In this document: positions 33,042-47,697 of the stretch, piece by piece
Numbering within the stretch: position 1 is the stretch's first letter
Layout: each line of letters opens with the position of its first letter
Assembly (NCBI GenBank): GCA_048013815.1
Contig: CM106586.1
Coordinates: forward strand, 14,446,001-14,510,000
Origin: Setoptus koraiensis
Lineage: Eukaryota; Animalia; Arthropoda
DNA length: 64,000 bases
Reading direction: 5' to 3'
The notes under the pieces: generated by a model
The model's input: the letters and a program-made list of their open reading frames with translations, nothing else
Database searches by the model: none
What the model was told of the DNA's origin: nothing
Translations under genes and position numbers: made by a program

Positions 33042-36000
33042 TGTTTGCAGCGGCGACAAGCCCAATTTGTGCGCCTCACCTTGTTTGTGGTGGCCCTGTT
33101 GTTTGTGTTTTTTGCTGGTGGCCCCGTTTGGATTGTTTGTGTGCCACTGGCGAAACTTTTCCGCATCCTCGAGCGACACCGTTGAACCCGACGACCAGTC
33201 GGAGACATCATCGTCGTCATCTTGCTCGTCGTCGTCGTCTTGGTCGGGCTCGGGGTCGTGGTCTAGTTCGCGGTCGCGGTCGGCCGGCCCGGCGCACAAG
33301 TCGCGGTCGTTTTCGCGCCGCTGTGTCATAATTGTTGTCTTATTTAAATTTGAACTGTCGTCATGGTTGTCGTCGTCGTCGTCCATGTTGAGCTCGTCAT
33401 TTTCGTCGATTATCAGACTCCTGGCTATGCCCGGAAACACTGCCCTGTCGGCCGCTTGTTGTCGCTGGCGCTGCAGTTGCTGCTGCTGTTGCTGCTGGTG
33501 AGACAGGCTGGGGGGCCCCGGCGGCTCGTCGCATCCGGGCGACGAGTCGTGCGAGGTCGATGACCAAGACGAGTCAGAGGTGGATGACGTGCTAGACGAC
33601 GACGACGACGACGACGAGGCCATCGATGACGACGTGCTGAAACTTATATCGAGACACGAGAGGCGCCTGTCGCGGTTCAACGAGTTAACTGGCTCTCGAT
33701 GATCCAAATCTAACTTAAGATCTAGATCGTCGTCTAAATCGTCTGCTAGTTGATGTTGCTGCTGTTGCGCAACACAAGCCAGCGTCTCTTCCGGCAATCT
33801 CTCCAGCTCGGGCCCCAACAGGCTCGTTGTCGTCGTCGTGGGCTGACTGACGGGCACGAACGTCGATGCGGGCGCTATTTGCGAGCACGATTCACCTGAA
33901 TTCAACGACGATGACAGCGCCAATGATTTCGGGCTACTTGTTTGGGCAAAATTTGAGCCGGCGAGCTGCTGACACTTTTGCTCGCCACTGTGTGTCGGCG
34001 CCATGTCGCTGTCAGCGGCGTCAGTTATGGCCGATTTGATGGCCGCTTGCAGTTGAGCGCGCTGTTTCCGGTTCGCGCAAGCTGCGCCGGCCCCCGCGTC
34101 GAAATTGTCGCTTGTTCGGTCGTTGGTTCGGTCGTCGCGGGCCCAACAGCCGGCACGGTCGTCCGCTGCCGCTGCCGGGCACGAGGTATATTTATTGTCG
34201 TGGGCAGCGCAGCAGCAATCATAGTTGTCGCGTGACAGTGGGCCCGTCGCGGGCGCCTCAACCTCTTTTTTCTTGGTGCTGCTGCTGCTGCCAGCCGTAT
34301 CGGGACGACACGACTTAGTTATAATCTCATCATTTGACGACACAAAATTGTTATGCTGACTGAAACGTCTGGGCGCCGCTGCCGATATTTCGCTAGAGGG
34401 CGTATAGTGCGCGGCGATATTGGATATTGGGCAGCCGGATCGGCTGTCAGGGGCGCTGCAGTCGGCTAATTCAATTTGTTTTTCAATCTGCTGCTCTTTC
34501 GTCCGCAACACGCCGGCGACAACAACAACACCTTGCTGTTGTTGATTACATGCACTTGTCATGGATCGGCTGGTGCCACTGCCAATTGGCGCCACAGTGT
34601 CGACGGTGTCACCAGCAGACACTGGCTGCTTGCCCGATCGGCCGAGGCCCGCCGACAGGGGGCGCGCCATCATGAGATATTGCTGCTGTTGTTGTTGTTG
34701 TTGTTGTTGTTGCTGCTGTTGTTGGTTGTGTAACACTTGATTGACGCACAATTTGCCCTCGATCATGGCGTCCAATTGACCGGCGAAACTTCGCGCGTTC
34801 TCCAGGCTCATGTTGGTGTCAATAAAGGACGAGCGTCTGTACGGATTATGCAATATTTTTGCTGTTGTCGGCGCTGTTGTTGCTGTTGCTGCTGTTGTTG
34901 TTGCTGTTGCATGCAGCGTTTGATTGACAGCCGAATGTTTGGCCGATTTTGTCGGGCTGTCATGTCTCGACGATTGGCCGACAGCCGCGCAACCTGGCGC
35001 CCCCGTTATTGCAGCCGCCGCCGCCGCCGACAATCTAATCTCTGTTTGATGGGGGGCCCCCGTTCTGGTTGCGGCCGGCGCGGACGGGTCCGGCGATGCC
35101 GACTGTCGCCTATTGTTGGGCCGCGTGCCGTCACAGTGATCGACTGCATTATTGCCGCCGCCGCCGCCGGACAGCGGCTCGTTGGACAGCAGCGGATTAG
35201 ACGGGTTCGACGAGGACGACGACGACGCCGCCGACCAGTTGTCCGCGCAATGGATAATGTTTGCGGCCGGCGGGTCCGCGGCGGCGCACCGCCCGGGCGC
35301 ACACAACACGTCGGTAATGTCCGCCAAATCGCTAATATCCGCAATGTGGGCGCCCGTGGTCAGACCGAAGCGGCTCTTCAATAAATCGACATCAATTATT
35401 TGGTTATTGCTGCTGTTACTGGTGGCGCCACTGTGCTGCTGCTGGCAGCCTGTCGGCGGCGCTGATTTGCGGCAATCAAACTTTGCGGCGCTGTTGGCGG
35501 GGGCGCCATTGCGTGATTCAATTGCCACTAATTGCCTGGTGGCCAATTCCTGAAACTGCTGCTGCTGCTGGTGCCGCTTGTTTGTTGCTGTCTGGTTGTT
35601 GCGTTGCTGATTCACGACCAGGTGAGCATCGGCACAGTTATTGCTGTCCGTCGATTGTGTTGCTTGCTGCGCCCCATCGTGGGAACTCTGGCGATGAGTT
35701 GAGCCGGCCCCGCTGGCCGCGGACAACAAATTGATTGAGTTAGAGTTGGCCAGGGCCGCCGCCTGGAACGAGGAACGGCGCCGGTATTGTTGTCGCAAGC
35801 GCGTCAGTTGCTCCTCTACGTCCACTTGCTCAACGCCGCTCACCGGGAAACAGGAAGATTGCATATTAATGTTATTAACTTCCGCCGGCGGGGCCGCGCT
35901 GGGCGCCGCAACCGCGCTTATAGAAGACAATAATGTGGACGGTATCGAGCCACTTGTGTTGCGTCTGGCCTGCGACTGGTAATTGGCCGACTGGCGCTGC

Positions 36001-39000
36001 TGCTGCGGCTGTTGCTGCTGTTGGTGCGCCACAGAGGTGGCGAGACCGCTACTTCCGGTCAGAATGGACTTTACCGGAGCGGCGGCCGCGGTGGCTGGGC
36101 CGGCCCGTTGCGACGCTGGTGTGGGCAAACAAAACGGCGCGGACGACAACAATAGCGGCTGATGCGGGTGCAGTACGGTGCTGGCTGATTGTCGCCTCTG
36201 TTTGTTTGGGCTGTAACCCGTCACCTGAGCGCTGCTGCTTGATTGGTCCGTCAGGTGGCGATGCTGCGCCCCCTGATACTGATACTGGTAATGATGCGTA
36301 TACGACTGCTGCTGCTGATGGTGATCCAGCGATTGACTTTGGATAGAGGCCAGCAGGGGCAACATTGATATCACTTTTGAGGCGGGAGTTGGCGGCTTTT
36401 TCATGCTGTTGGCCACAAATACCTCGTCGTCGCGCTGATACAAATTGATACAGTGAGCCATAGAGCTGTATCCGCTTGATTGATTTGAGTTAGCACTGGC
36501 CAGCATTGCCTTGGACGACATTGTTGACTTAGTGCCCTGGTGAGCAAGCATTGAGTTAGCGCTGGTTTGCTGGTGCTGGTGCTGCTGCCGACCGGAAGTC
36601 GCTACTGCCAAACTCTCAACGTGCTCGGCGGCCAACGATTGCAGCCTTTTCATTAGCAATGCCGAGGTGTTTTTGCTTATTGCCACTGTTGACATTGGCG
36701 GCAACGCGGGCACCGATTGTTTGTGTTTACATGGTGGCTGCTGTTCATTCAGATAAGCACTCTGACAGTGGCCACTTTCGACAATGCAATCATTATCATT
36801 TGGCGCCCCCGTTTTATGGCCAGTGCGCAAGTGGCGACCCTTGCCCGATTGCGCCAGCGTCACATCGGCAGCTTCATTAATATTAATCAATTGCGGCCCG
36901 CTATTAATGCAACTTCCGCTTGCCGCCGCGGCGTCACCGCTGCTTGCGCCCACGCTGCCCGAGCCGGCGATACCTGTGCGGGCGCCGGCAGCCAATTGCT
37001 GGGTGCTCGCCAGGTAGCTGAGCTCATTGTTTGGCGTGCGCGCCATCAGCTGATTGAACAGCGACGGATCCTCGCAATCTATGCTGTTCACCTGGCTGCC
37101 CTTCATGCTTGGCTTGGGGCCCCGCTTGTCGCCGCTTGTGTGCGGGCCGGCCGCCGGGCAGCTTGATCCGGCCGAGCTTGATTCAACGGAGTTTGATCCG
37201 GCCGAGTTTGATGGCGCGCCGGTCGACGAGTCCGGCTGCGAGCCCCGATTTTCGGCCTCGCTGCTGCTGACGGGCCCCACGATGCCGGCCCCACTGTCCA
37301 CTTTACACTGGTCGCACAAATCTTCGCTGTCGCCCCCTTTTCTGGGCGCCTTGTTCCACGAATCGGGTGGCTCGATTCCGTTCCACTGCTTCGAAAACGA
37401 GTCAATTGTCGGGCCGCTCCTCGCCGACGAGCGGCGCTCGCTCGCCGGCCTGCCGCTCCGTTCGCCTTGTTGCTGACTGCTGCCCGTCTTGCCGGCGCCC
37501 CCGGATTTTTGCTTGCCAGCCTTGCTGCCACTGGGCGCCGGCTCGCGCTGCTTCTGCTGCCTTGCCAAATCGATCAATAGGGCCGATTCGCTGCAGTTTG
37601 TCAGCTCGCGCAGGCTCTTTTCGCCCATTGAGCTGCTCAGGTCGTCTTCGTCTCTGTAGTTGTAATTGTTCAACACGGCGGCCAATTCGCGCCCATTCGC
37701 AGCTTGAATTGCCGCCAGGGCCCCGCCGCTATCTGGCGAATATCTCACGGGCGAGTCGCTGCAATCGCCTGTGCGATCCGATCTGATCGATATCTCGGCT
37801 GAGCTCGCCATCAGATTATTATTATTATTTTCTGACTCTTGACTTGAAGTGGCCCGGTCGGGCACTCGGCAACTATTTGCGACAGTTTCATTTAGCGCCA
37901 CTTGATTGGCGGCGTCCGGCGCGCCCGGCCGCTTGTCGTCGGGCGTCGGGCTGGTTGCGTTCGCGCCCTCATCGCTTTCGTCGGGCCGGCTGGCGGCCGC
38001 CCTTGTCTGCGGCTCGTCTGGCGCCGGTGCTGCTGCTGTCGCCTCGCGGCAACCCAGCCACTCGGACAGCTGATCAACGGCGAATCTCTCAGCCGGGCCC
38101 TTTGAGGCCCCCCCGTTCGACAGCGGTTCGCTGTTGCTGCTGCCAAAGCACGCCCGCATGGAGGAGTTGTCGTCGTCGCAGCAGTCGGCGGCGGCGGCGG
38201 ATAAATCCGAGCCCAGTCTGTTCGCTTGCACGAGCTGCGAGCTTGCCAAACAATTGGAGCAACTGTCCGTGGCCGCTTGACACTTGTTTGAGCGCCTGTC
38301 CGCGCTCGAGGTGGCGCTGCTGACGGCGTTGTTAGTCGCATGCAGCTTGTCCGCTGGCTGCTGCTCATCGGGCTGGCGCTCGTTGAAGCGTGATCCGCTG
38401 CACCCGTCACTATGCGCATTGTTGCTGCCCGCGGCTGCCGCCGCCGCATCCATCTCCTGTCTAGGTGGCGCCCGAACGCCAACCCGAACAATGTCGCCCC
38501 CGTCGCCATTGCCGTTGTCGTGTTTCGTTGCATCTTTTGGCCGCTTCGCTTCTCTCGCCGCCTGTCCGCCGCCGCTCGACGATTTGTCGCGAGACGCTCG
38601 CCTCGCACAATTGTCCGGCCCGGCCGACAAACTGCTGCTGCTGGCCTCCTCCAGCGACATCTGCTGAATGGTGGTCAGGTGGCGCAGCTGTGCCGACGAC
38701 AACACCGAGGCCCGGCCCGTGACCTGGGCCGGGCCGCTGCTAGCGCCGTTCACGGCCGCCGTCGGCCCGTTCGCGCGTTCGGTCTCGTCGTCCTCTTGAC
38801 AGCAGCCCGCGCTGGACGGTGGCGCATACGAGGCGGCCCGTTGCCGCGATCGGCCCAAGTCGCAGCCCAACGTGGCACCCGCACAGTCGCCCGCCGTTGG
38901 CTGCTCCCGGCACGCAGGCCCCAAATTTGTTTGGCTGGCACCGAAAACGGGCGACGGTCGCCAAAAGTTTGCCGCCAAACTCTGCCGTTTCTTGTGGTTG

Positions 39001-42000
39001 GCGCCCTGACGTGCGTTGCCGTTCTTGTGCCCGTAGCCAGCATGATCCAGATTGGCCAGATAAAGGTGGCCCGTGAGCCCGATCTTGAAGCCGGTGGGCG
39101 TGCAGCTCCTCTGAGCGGTTATCTCGGCCGCATTGACCGACAGACGGCGCCCAATGGCGCTGTCCACCACCTTGATGAAATTGTCGTTTTGTGCCAGCGA
39201 ATTCATCGATTTCAAAAATTGATCGTCGTTTATGAAGGTGACCGGATGCAAATCGGTTATCTTCAGCTTGTTGCGATTGCGGCCCGCCAAGCGCAAATTG
39301 AGCGTTGTGGCTGCGGGCGCCACGTCCAACTGACGCTGGCCGCGCTGCTGCTGCTGGCCCGACGGACGCCGCTCGCCGCCCGAAGTGGCGCTCGGGCGTA
39401 AATTGTTGTTGGCGGCATAATTGTTGTTGTCAGCGCTCTTTGTTTGTCCGGCAACAAAGTCCGGTGCGACACCAGAGGGCGACCGGTTGTTTTCGGTGCC
39501 CTTGTTGCCGGTCGCTGTTGTCGTCGGGCCGGAATAACTCACCGCCTTGCTGGCGCTGTACGGAAGGGGCGACACGGCCGGATCGAGTTGGAGCTCGCCA
39601 AAGTTTAGACTCGATCTGTCCGGATCGATCAATTCGCTGGTGTGACTCGCAGAGAGCCGGCTGTTGCTTCTGCTGTTGTTCAGTGTGGTGATACTCGACG
39701 ACAATGCCGATGCGGGCCGGCCCGCATCCGTGACGGGCATATCGTCGGTGGGCGTGATTCCGCTTGTACGTCCGCTTGTTCCGCTGACGGGCGGTACAGT
39801 TGGCGACGGCGACAAACCGGCGTACACCTCGTTGGCCAACGACGACGCGTCCAGCTCGCTGCTACCCGTTTCGCTGGGCGCGCACGCCAGCATGCTGTTG
39901 CGCGAGGCCGGCCTAGAGCTGGGCGCCGACGACAGCTTCTGCGGCGCCGGGCCGGCCGGAGGTAGCCCGAGCAGCCTGGAGCCGGTGCCGGGCACTGGCA
40001 CGGGCTGGGCCGACAGATTGGACAGATGCTCATTGTTGGACGATCTTGTTGTTTCGCCAGAGGCCGGCTGATTGTTGTACTGGTTGATTATTTGTGTCGA
40101 TTGAACCATTTGGTACGGCGCAAAAAACGACGCCGCATCCATGGGCATTGCGCCGTAATAGTCGGGTATGATTGAGCCGGCCCGTTGGGCGCGCGGGGCC
40201 GCCCGGGCCCACTGGTCGGCCCAATTGTGGGAGGCGTCGAGGGCCATGTTGTCGTTGATGATGCACTCCTCTAGAGTGTGCAATTCGGGCATTGAGAACC
40301 AACAGGAGCGCAGGGAACGGGCCGACGACGACGACTCGATGCTCTGCTGGCGCGAATAGGACGAATTTGAGGTTGTTGTGGAAGACGAGTTCGGGTTGCC
40401 CGACGGATGGTGCCCGTCGGGATTGTTTGCGGTCATGGGGTGGGGATAGTAACCGGTGCGGTGCTCGCCCGGCTGGCCGCCATGCGACGATATCTGTTGC
40501 TGCGGCGCCGGCGGATATTGCTGCTGCTGCGAATGGAGGTGCCGGCTTGCCGCCGCCGTCACGGGCTGCTGTTGCTGTTGGCCCGGCCCGAAGCCTGTCA
40601 GCTGATGACTCGGGCCCAGATTCAGAAGCTCGCCGCGAGGGGCGCCCGTGTCTTTGTAGGCCAGTGCCAGCTTGTACACTTGATTCACCTGTTCGTCCAA
40701 TTGTTGCTGGTAAGAGGGCCGGCGGGACGAAATGATGCGCTCGTAGGCGAGCTCTATCGAGTCTTGGGCCATCAGCAAATTGCTTCCGTCGCCGCTGCTG
40801 CAACTACAACTGCAACTGCTTTGCTGATCCGCTTGTCCGCTCGCCGCCGCCGTCTGCTTGCCGCCCTCCTTATTTGTCTGCTGCTGTTTAGCCGCCTGGC
40901 GGCGCTTCCATTTGTCGTCTTCGCCACCACTTCCGGTTGCGGTCCCGTTGTAGCTGTTGGCTGCCGGGCTGCCTTTGCCGTCTGTCTGCATTGAGTGTGA
41001 CAAGAATAGGCAGGGCTCTGCGCTGTGACACAAGCGCATTCTGTCTGAGCTAGACGCCATCAGCTGATTGTCATTGCAGCTGTCATCGTCAGCTGTTTGC
41101 GGTCTAGGCAGCGGACTGGCGCTGTTGTTGTTGATGTCATGTTGCATGGTGTCGTTGTCGTTGCTGTTGTTGCTCGCAGTGTTGATTATGTTGTTATTGG
41201 CTACGTCACAGTTGTGGCTGCTTGTGACATGTACACCATTTTGTCGGTCACTGTTGGTGCTGTTGTTGTTGGCGTTGTTGTTGCTGTTGCTGCTGTCGTT
41301 GTTGTTGACGTTGGACAGATCACTCACTGACGAGCGCACGTTGTTGGCCGGGTGGCTGGTTGAAGACGTTGAATTCGGCGGCGTTGTCTTGCTGTTTTCG
41401 GTTGTTGATGTTGTTGTGGTCTCGTTATCGCTTGCGATGGTGGGCGGCAGGGCGCTCGAAGCTCGGGCATCTTTCACGGTCAACATTGTGATGGTGGCGG
41501 CCGAGGTTGATGCGGAAGCGGACACCGACGCGGACGATGGCGGCCGGGTAGGCGACGCCATCGACAGGCACGACGTGTGATGCGATTGTTGGCTGGTGGC
41601 CGCCTGATTGCCGCTTGTCGGGCCGGACATGAGCGAATTTGTTGCGCCGGCGCTAGTGCTGGCGCCTAGCGACGACAACGTGCTGAAACGATCGCGGATT
41701 TTCGCAAAGAAACGCGACGAAGAATTCTTCGACAGGGGCGATATGGGCGACCGTGGCGTGTTGCACGTTATCATGTTGCTACTGCTCACGCTACCCAAGC
41801 TGCCCATACTGCTGACACTGCCCAGCGAAAACTGATTTGGGGCGCTCATCCCGCCGGCCGGCCCGGCGGCGACCGACGAACCGGAAGTTGCCGTCAAATG
41901 CCGCTGTCTGGGCGACAGTTGACAACTGTTAATGGGCGACGAGGCGGAGATATGTTGATTGTTTGTTGGCGCCGAGTCGTTGGCGTGATTGTCAGTGCTG

Positions 42001-45000
42001 AGTGTTGCATGACTGTCGGGATTATAGGTTAATAGCTGCGAGCTGCCAATATCCATCGAAGACTGACAGCTCGGGCTGCACCGGGTCGGAGTGGGCACGG
42101 GGGTGGGCGTTGGAGTGGGCGTGGTGCTGGAGGACAGCATGAAGGCGTTGAAGGCGGCATTGCTGGTTGACCGGAAGAAGCTTCTGAGCGGCGACGGAGA
42201 CGGCGACAATTGCGCCCTCTGTTGCTGTTGCTGCTGCTGTTGTTGCTGTTCGACGCTTGTTTGGCGAGTGAAAAATCCGGTTCGCGGAGACGAGGGTGTC
42301 GGCGGTGGCGCCGACTGGGCGGCAGGTGGCGCTGCCAGGCGGGCCCCAAATTGTTGTTGCTGCTGCTGTTGCTGCTGCTGCTGCAACGACAATATTGTTT
42401 GCAGTGGCTTGTTTATGCTGGACAGGGTGGTCTTGAGTTGGTCGCGAATGGCGCTAGTGACCCGATTGAAATCGTTGGCCGCCCTGCTGGACGAGAACGA
42501 GTTTTTGCGCTCCAGATTTGCGCCGCTCTTGGACTCATTAATTTGCGCAGCCGGCGCCGGCTGCCTCACGGGCGATTTTGTGGGGGCGCCCTTGTCGCCG
42601 GCGAGCAGTTGTGCAGTCTTAAAATAATGGTCACCTTGTTCATTGTAGTTGATCGAGTGGCGCTGGTCGTTGTCGACATCCGATCCGTGTAATGAGGCCC
42701 CCGGTGGGTGGCGCGGCGCTCGCTGTTCGGGGCCGCTGTTGTAAAATTGGGTCGGCGCCCGGCTGTCGGGGGCCAAATGTTGCGCTAGATGCGCGTCCAT
42801 TGGCGCTATGCGACCGTGCTGGAATTGGAGCGAGCCCAAACTGTAACTGCGGCCCTCAATTAGACCGGCGGTGTTATTTTCATCATTAGCGGCCGGGACG
42901 GTTTTAATCGCATGGTGCTGCTGCTGAACTGTCACTTGCCTGTGCTGGACCGCGCCGACGGGAATCCGCTTTCTTGATGTCGGTGCGGCCGCGTAGTCGC
43001 ATGCGTCCGCACCGTGCGGCTTGCCGGCGCCGGCGGCGCCCGTGTCGACAAGTTGCGACCACTTGACCGACGACTGATAATTGCCGCCGCCGCCGTGCTG
43101 CTGCTGCTGTTGCGCCCGGCTGTTGTTTGCCTGCTGAATGCTCTGCAGGAAGCCGCTCAGCTCGATGGAGCCCACCGAGCCGCCGCCCGCCTTCTGATGG
43201 GCCCGGTGATGCGGCTGCTGATTGGCGCCGGGCTGCGTGCCGTTGTCAAGGAGACAGCAGCCCGCCAGGGATGAGGGCGCCGTGTAGATCTGGTCGACGG
43301 AGCCGCTCATTAGATACTGATCTAGAGTCATTAGGTCGTCGCTGGACGTGTTGGCCGTGTGACTGCCGCCCGCAGCGCCGCCGCCGCCGCTCGCACCGGC
43401 CGCCCCAGTGGCCGGCCCGAGGTGATGCGCCAATCCGCAGCCGTGCTCGGTCATGTGTTGCATCATTTGCATAGGGTCTTGGCGGTGATTTTTGCTGTTG
43501 TTCTGATTGTTTCTGTTGTTGTTGTTGTTGTTGTTGTGCTGATGATGATGATGATGGTGCTGATGATGATGGTGGTGGTGCGGATGCGCCGGGTCCCGGC
43601 CGTGCTGGCCCAAATGCAACAAGGCCGCCAGGCGCAGCTCTTCCTCGTAGGCGACGCTGCTCGAGCTCGGGCACGTCGTCTCGTCCTCCAGACTCGCCTG
43701 GCTCGACCGGGCCGCACTTGATGCATGCACCGCGCCCGGCCGTGAATAGCCCGCGGGAGCGGTCTGGTTGCCGGGTCCGGTCCCGGTACCGCCGGCGTTG
43801 CTACCCGACGACTGGTAATAACTGTGACCAGTGTTGTTGGTCGGCTGATGCTGCTGCTGATGATGATGATACTGCTGATAATGTTGCTGCGAAGTCACAA
43901 TGTTGTGCATGTTACCCGCACCGCATTCCGCCAACCCGACCGGATGTGGATGCGAGTGACGGGCCACGCTGGCGCCCGCTAGCACCGCTCCGTCCGTGTA
44001 ATTAATGAACGATTCACTCAATTCCGCTATGCTACCCACGGCGTGCCCAATGAGACCGCTTGCGCCCGCTCCCACGGGCGTGCTGCTGCCCCCGAGCGAA
44101 TGTGAGGCCTGCAGCGGGTAGTGTTGCTGACCGATTGCCGGCTGCCCGTTACCGGTGCCACTTCCGCCGCTATTCGATCCGGTGGTGGCATGCGAGTGGC
44201 TGCACGTGCTGGCGCCGCCTCCCCCGCCGTAAGAGATGGGCGTTGCAACGCCGTAACTCGAATCCTGTTGGTAGATGCTCGATATGCCCGACAGGGTCGA
44301 CGTACGCCTACTGCTGTCCTGTCCGGTTACGCACGTCGGCCCGCTACTTGTGTCACTGGCGACGCTCGAACTGAACGTGTTCGATTGGCGCCACCCGGGG
44401 CCGGGTATTTGCGGATTGCTGGCACTGCTGGCCGCGGCCATGGTTGTGGGACATTGGGCACTGTTGTTGGCGGCGGCATGCAACGGCTGCTGTTGCAGTT
44501 GCTGATGCTGAGCAAAATGTTGGTGATGGTGCTGCTGCTGCTGGCCGGCCGCACCGCCGCCGCCCGTTGCGTACACCGTGCCCGGGGGCGTGTCGCTTCG
44601 GGTAGCGGGCTGGTAAGGTTGCTGATTGGTGGGCTGGATGAGGCTGGTGCAAGAGGCCGACGACGATCGGTTTCGGCGCACGATCTGAATGGGCGGCGAT
44701 TGTGTTGGCTTTGCATTTGTTGCTGGCTGTTGTTGCTGTTGTTGCTGTTGATGCTGTTGTTGTTGCTGTTGTGGTTGTTGTTGTTGCTGTTGTGGTTGTT
44801 GTTGCTGATTGTTGTCCGACAGCGCTGGTTGTTTGTGGTCGTGGTCGCTGTTGAGCCTGTCGATGGTGTCACCGTCGACATTGTTGCCGGCGCCGGGCCG
44901 CGCTGGGGGCGCCAGCGGATTGGGGGAGCCCTCGTAGAGCGTGTTGAGTGTTCTCATTGTTGTTGCGGTTGTTGTTGTTATGTTTCTGGACTGGTTTAAA

Positions 45001-45084
45001 CTGGCGTCTTGTTGTTCGCTCGCTGTTGTTGTTGTTGTCGCCTGCTCTTGTTTGGCTGCCTGGCCGCCGTTGGACAATCGCTGC

Positions 45085-45131
<47 letters not shown>

Positions 45132-47606
45132 CTGCTGATGGGTGTTCGTGCACGAGTGTCGGCCATTGTTGGCGCCCCTGTCGCGCCGATCGTAATGGTC
45201 GCCTTGCGTCGCCTCGGCAGCGGCCGCGGCCGGGGAGCCAGTTCGCTTGACGTTGTTGTTGTTGTTGTCGCCGGTTGCAGTTTCCACGGGCGTGCAGCTC
45301 GCGCGCGCCTGCTCGAGCTGTTGCGCAACACAATCGAAGCTTCCGAAACTGGCCGCCTGGCGCTTGTTGTTGCCGATGGTGAAATTTGCATAATCTATCG
45401 ACGATTGGTTTGTGTTTGTTGTGGGCGCCGTCCAGCCCGAGGTGGTGTCGTCCGTGAGGTAGTAGCTGTCGTCGTCTTCGTCGTCTTGCTCGCCCCCTTG
45501 CTGCAGCTCGTCCGCTTCGTCTTGCTCCTCCGCGACGGGCTCCTCAATGGGCATGTCGTCGTCCTCGTACGGCACCTCAATGGATCGGGTAAAGAACGCC
45601 TGCACCGCAATAGATTGGCGATGTTTCATTGCGTAATCGCTGGACAAAAACGTTCCGTCGGGACGGGAATGAGGCTGTTGTTGTTGTTGTTGCTGTGCCA
45701 TTTGGTGCTGCTGGTGCTGCTGCTCGCCGCTGCTGGCCTCCACAATCAGCTCTGGCCCGTGCGGCTCATTGTGTCGGCCCGGGCCGGACTGGGCTGCGGC
45801 CGGGTTGGCCGCTTGCTGGGCCCATTGGCTGCTCCGCCGGCGACCCGGCGCACCGACGTCGCCGCTGTCCGCTTGCGTGCTCGTGAGCGCCTGCTCCAGG
45901 GCAGCCGCAATGGGCACCAGCACCACACTTGAGGTGCTCGCAAACAAACTATTGGCCAGATATTTCATTTCCGCCAAGCTCAAGCCGCCAAGTCCCGGCT
46001 GCTGCTGCTGTTGTTGTTGTTGTTCGCCGCTGTTGCATCTCGCTGCTGCTGCTGTCGCCTCTATGAACTCTTTATCACTAGTGCCGGTATTCACTATGTC
46101 ACCGCCGAGCTCGGCGGTGTTTATGCGCTGCGCCCGTACAAATTGCGTCACGCTCGTGCCGGTGGTGGTGCTGCTGGTCACAGTTGTTGTGATGGTTGTA
46201 ACGCTGCAGGTAGTTACCGTTATGGCGGCGCCAACAGTTTCATTGTTGTCGACTTGCATAACCGAACAATCATTGTTGTTGCCCGTTGCGGCGCTCGGGT
46301 ATCCATTGTTGTTGTTGGCGTTGTTGGGGCCGCCGCCGCCACCGCTCGCTTGCTGCATGGAGCTCAGGAACCTGTTCAGCAGGTTATTGCCGCCCGCCGA
46401 CAGGCGGCGCGTGAGTTTCTTGGCCGCGTACTGCAGCGCCACGGTGTTGTTTATCACAGTGTTTGTGGCGCCTCCATTAATTGGCTCATCACAAGTGCTA
46501 GTGGCTGTTGTTGTTGCGGCCGGTTGCGGGCCGTTGCGCAACGTTGGCGTCGTGTTTGTTCGCGATTGTCGCTGTTGCTGTTGTTGTTGCTGTTGTTGGC
46601 GCTGTTGTTGGTGTTGGCGCTGTTGTTGGCACTGTCGTTGGTCGCGTTGTGTCGCAACGCGGTGTGTCGGCGCGCCAGGTATTGTGGTGGCCCTATTCAG
46701 CAGCGTCGTAATGCCTCGGAAATTGTGCTCGCTATCAATGGCGATACTGCGCTTCTCTATGCGCTGCTCTATACGCTCTATTTGCTCTACTTTGTGGGGC
46801 CCAAATTGCCGTTGCGGGCCGGCGCCGCTGCCGCCGCCGCCGATCGTCGTGGGCCGCTGAGTGCGCTCTTGTGCGCCGGCCAATCTTATCTCTTTATCTC
46901 TTGTCGTTATTATAATATCGGCGCTGCTTGCAACTGCAGCAGCGCCGGTCGCTTGCAGTGGCAGTTGTTGCGCCCTTGTCGGGCCCCGTTGTCGGCCCGA
47001 CTCACTTGACACCGCCGCCGCCGCCGCCGCTATATCAGGCACGACGGACGGCTGGTGCGGCCGGGCACGACGCGACACGCCGTTTTGGCAATCGGGCCCC
47101 GTCGGCCCGTTTGCCGCTGCCGCCGCTGTTGTTGTCGGTGGTGCTTCCTGTTGTTGGTCGCAGTCGGCCGGTTTGCTGGCACGGGCCGGCGCGGCTGGCG
47201 CGCTTGTTGGCCCCGCTGACCTCTGACACATCTGAACAGGTGAGCCACCGTTATTATCATTGTTGTTGCTGTTGTTGTTGTTGTCGTTATGCTGATTATG
47301 ATGGCGGCCGTTATTGCCGCTGTTATCATCATTATTATTACTAGTGCCATTGCCATTGTTGTTGTTGCTGTTGCAATTTTGATCTCGAGTTGTTGCCCTT
47401 GTTTCCATTGGGGCGCCGGTCGCGCCTCGCAGGCGCCAAATGGGCGTATCGCGGGTCGAGCCCGAGCCGGCGGTGGCGCGGCCCCGCTGGTCGGTTGTTG
47501 CTGTAATATTACTATTATTATTGCTGCCATTACTGCTGTTATTAGAATACGGCAAACTGGTGGCGCTCGTAATGGTGCTGCAAGGCATGATACAATTGCT
47601 GTCGTT

Positions 47607-47697
<91 letters not shown>

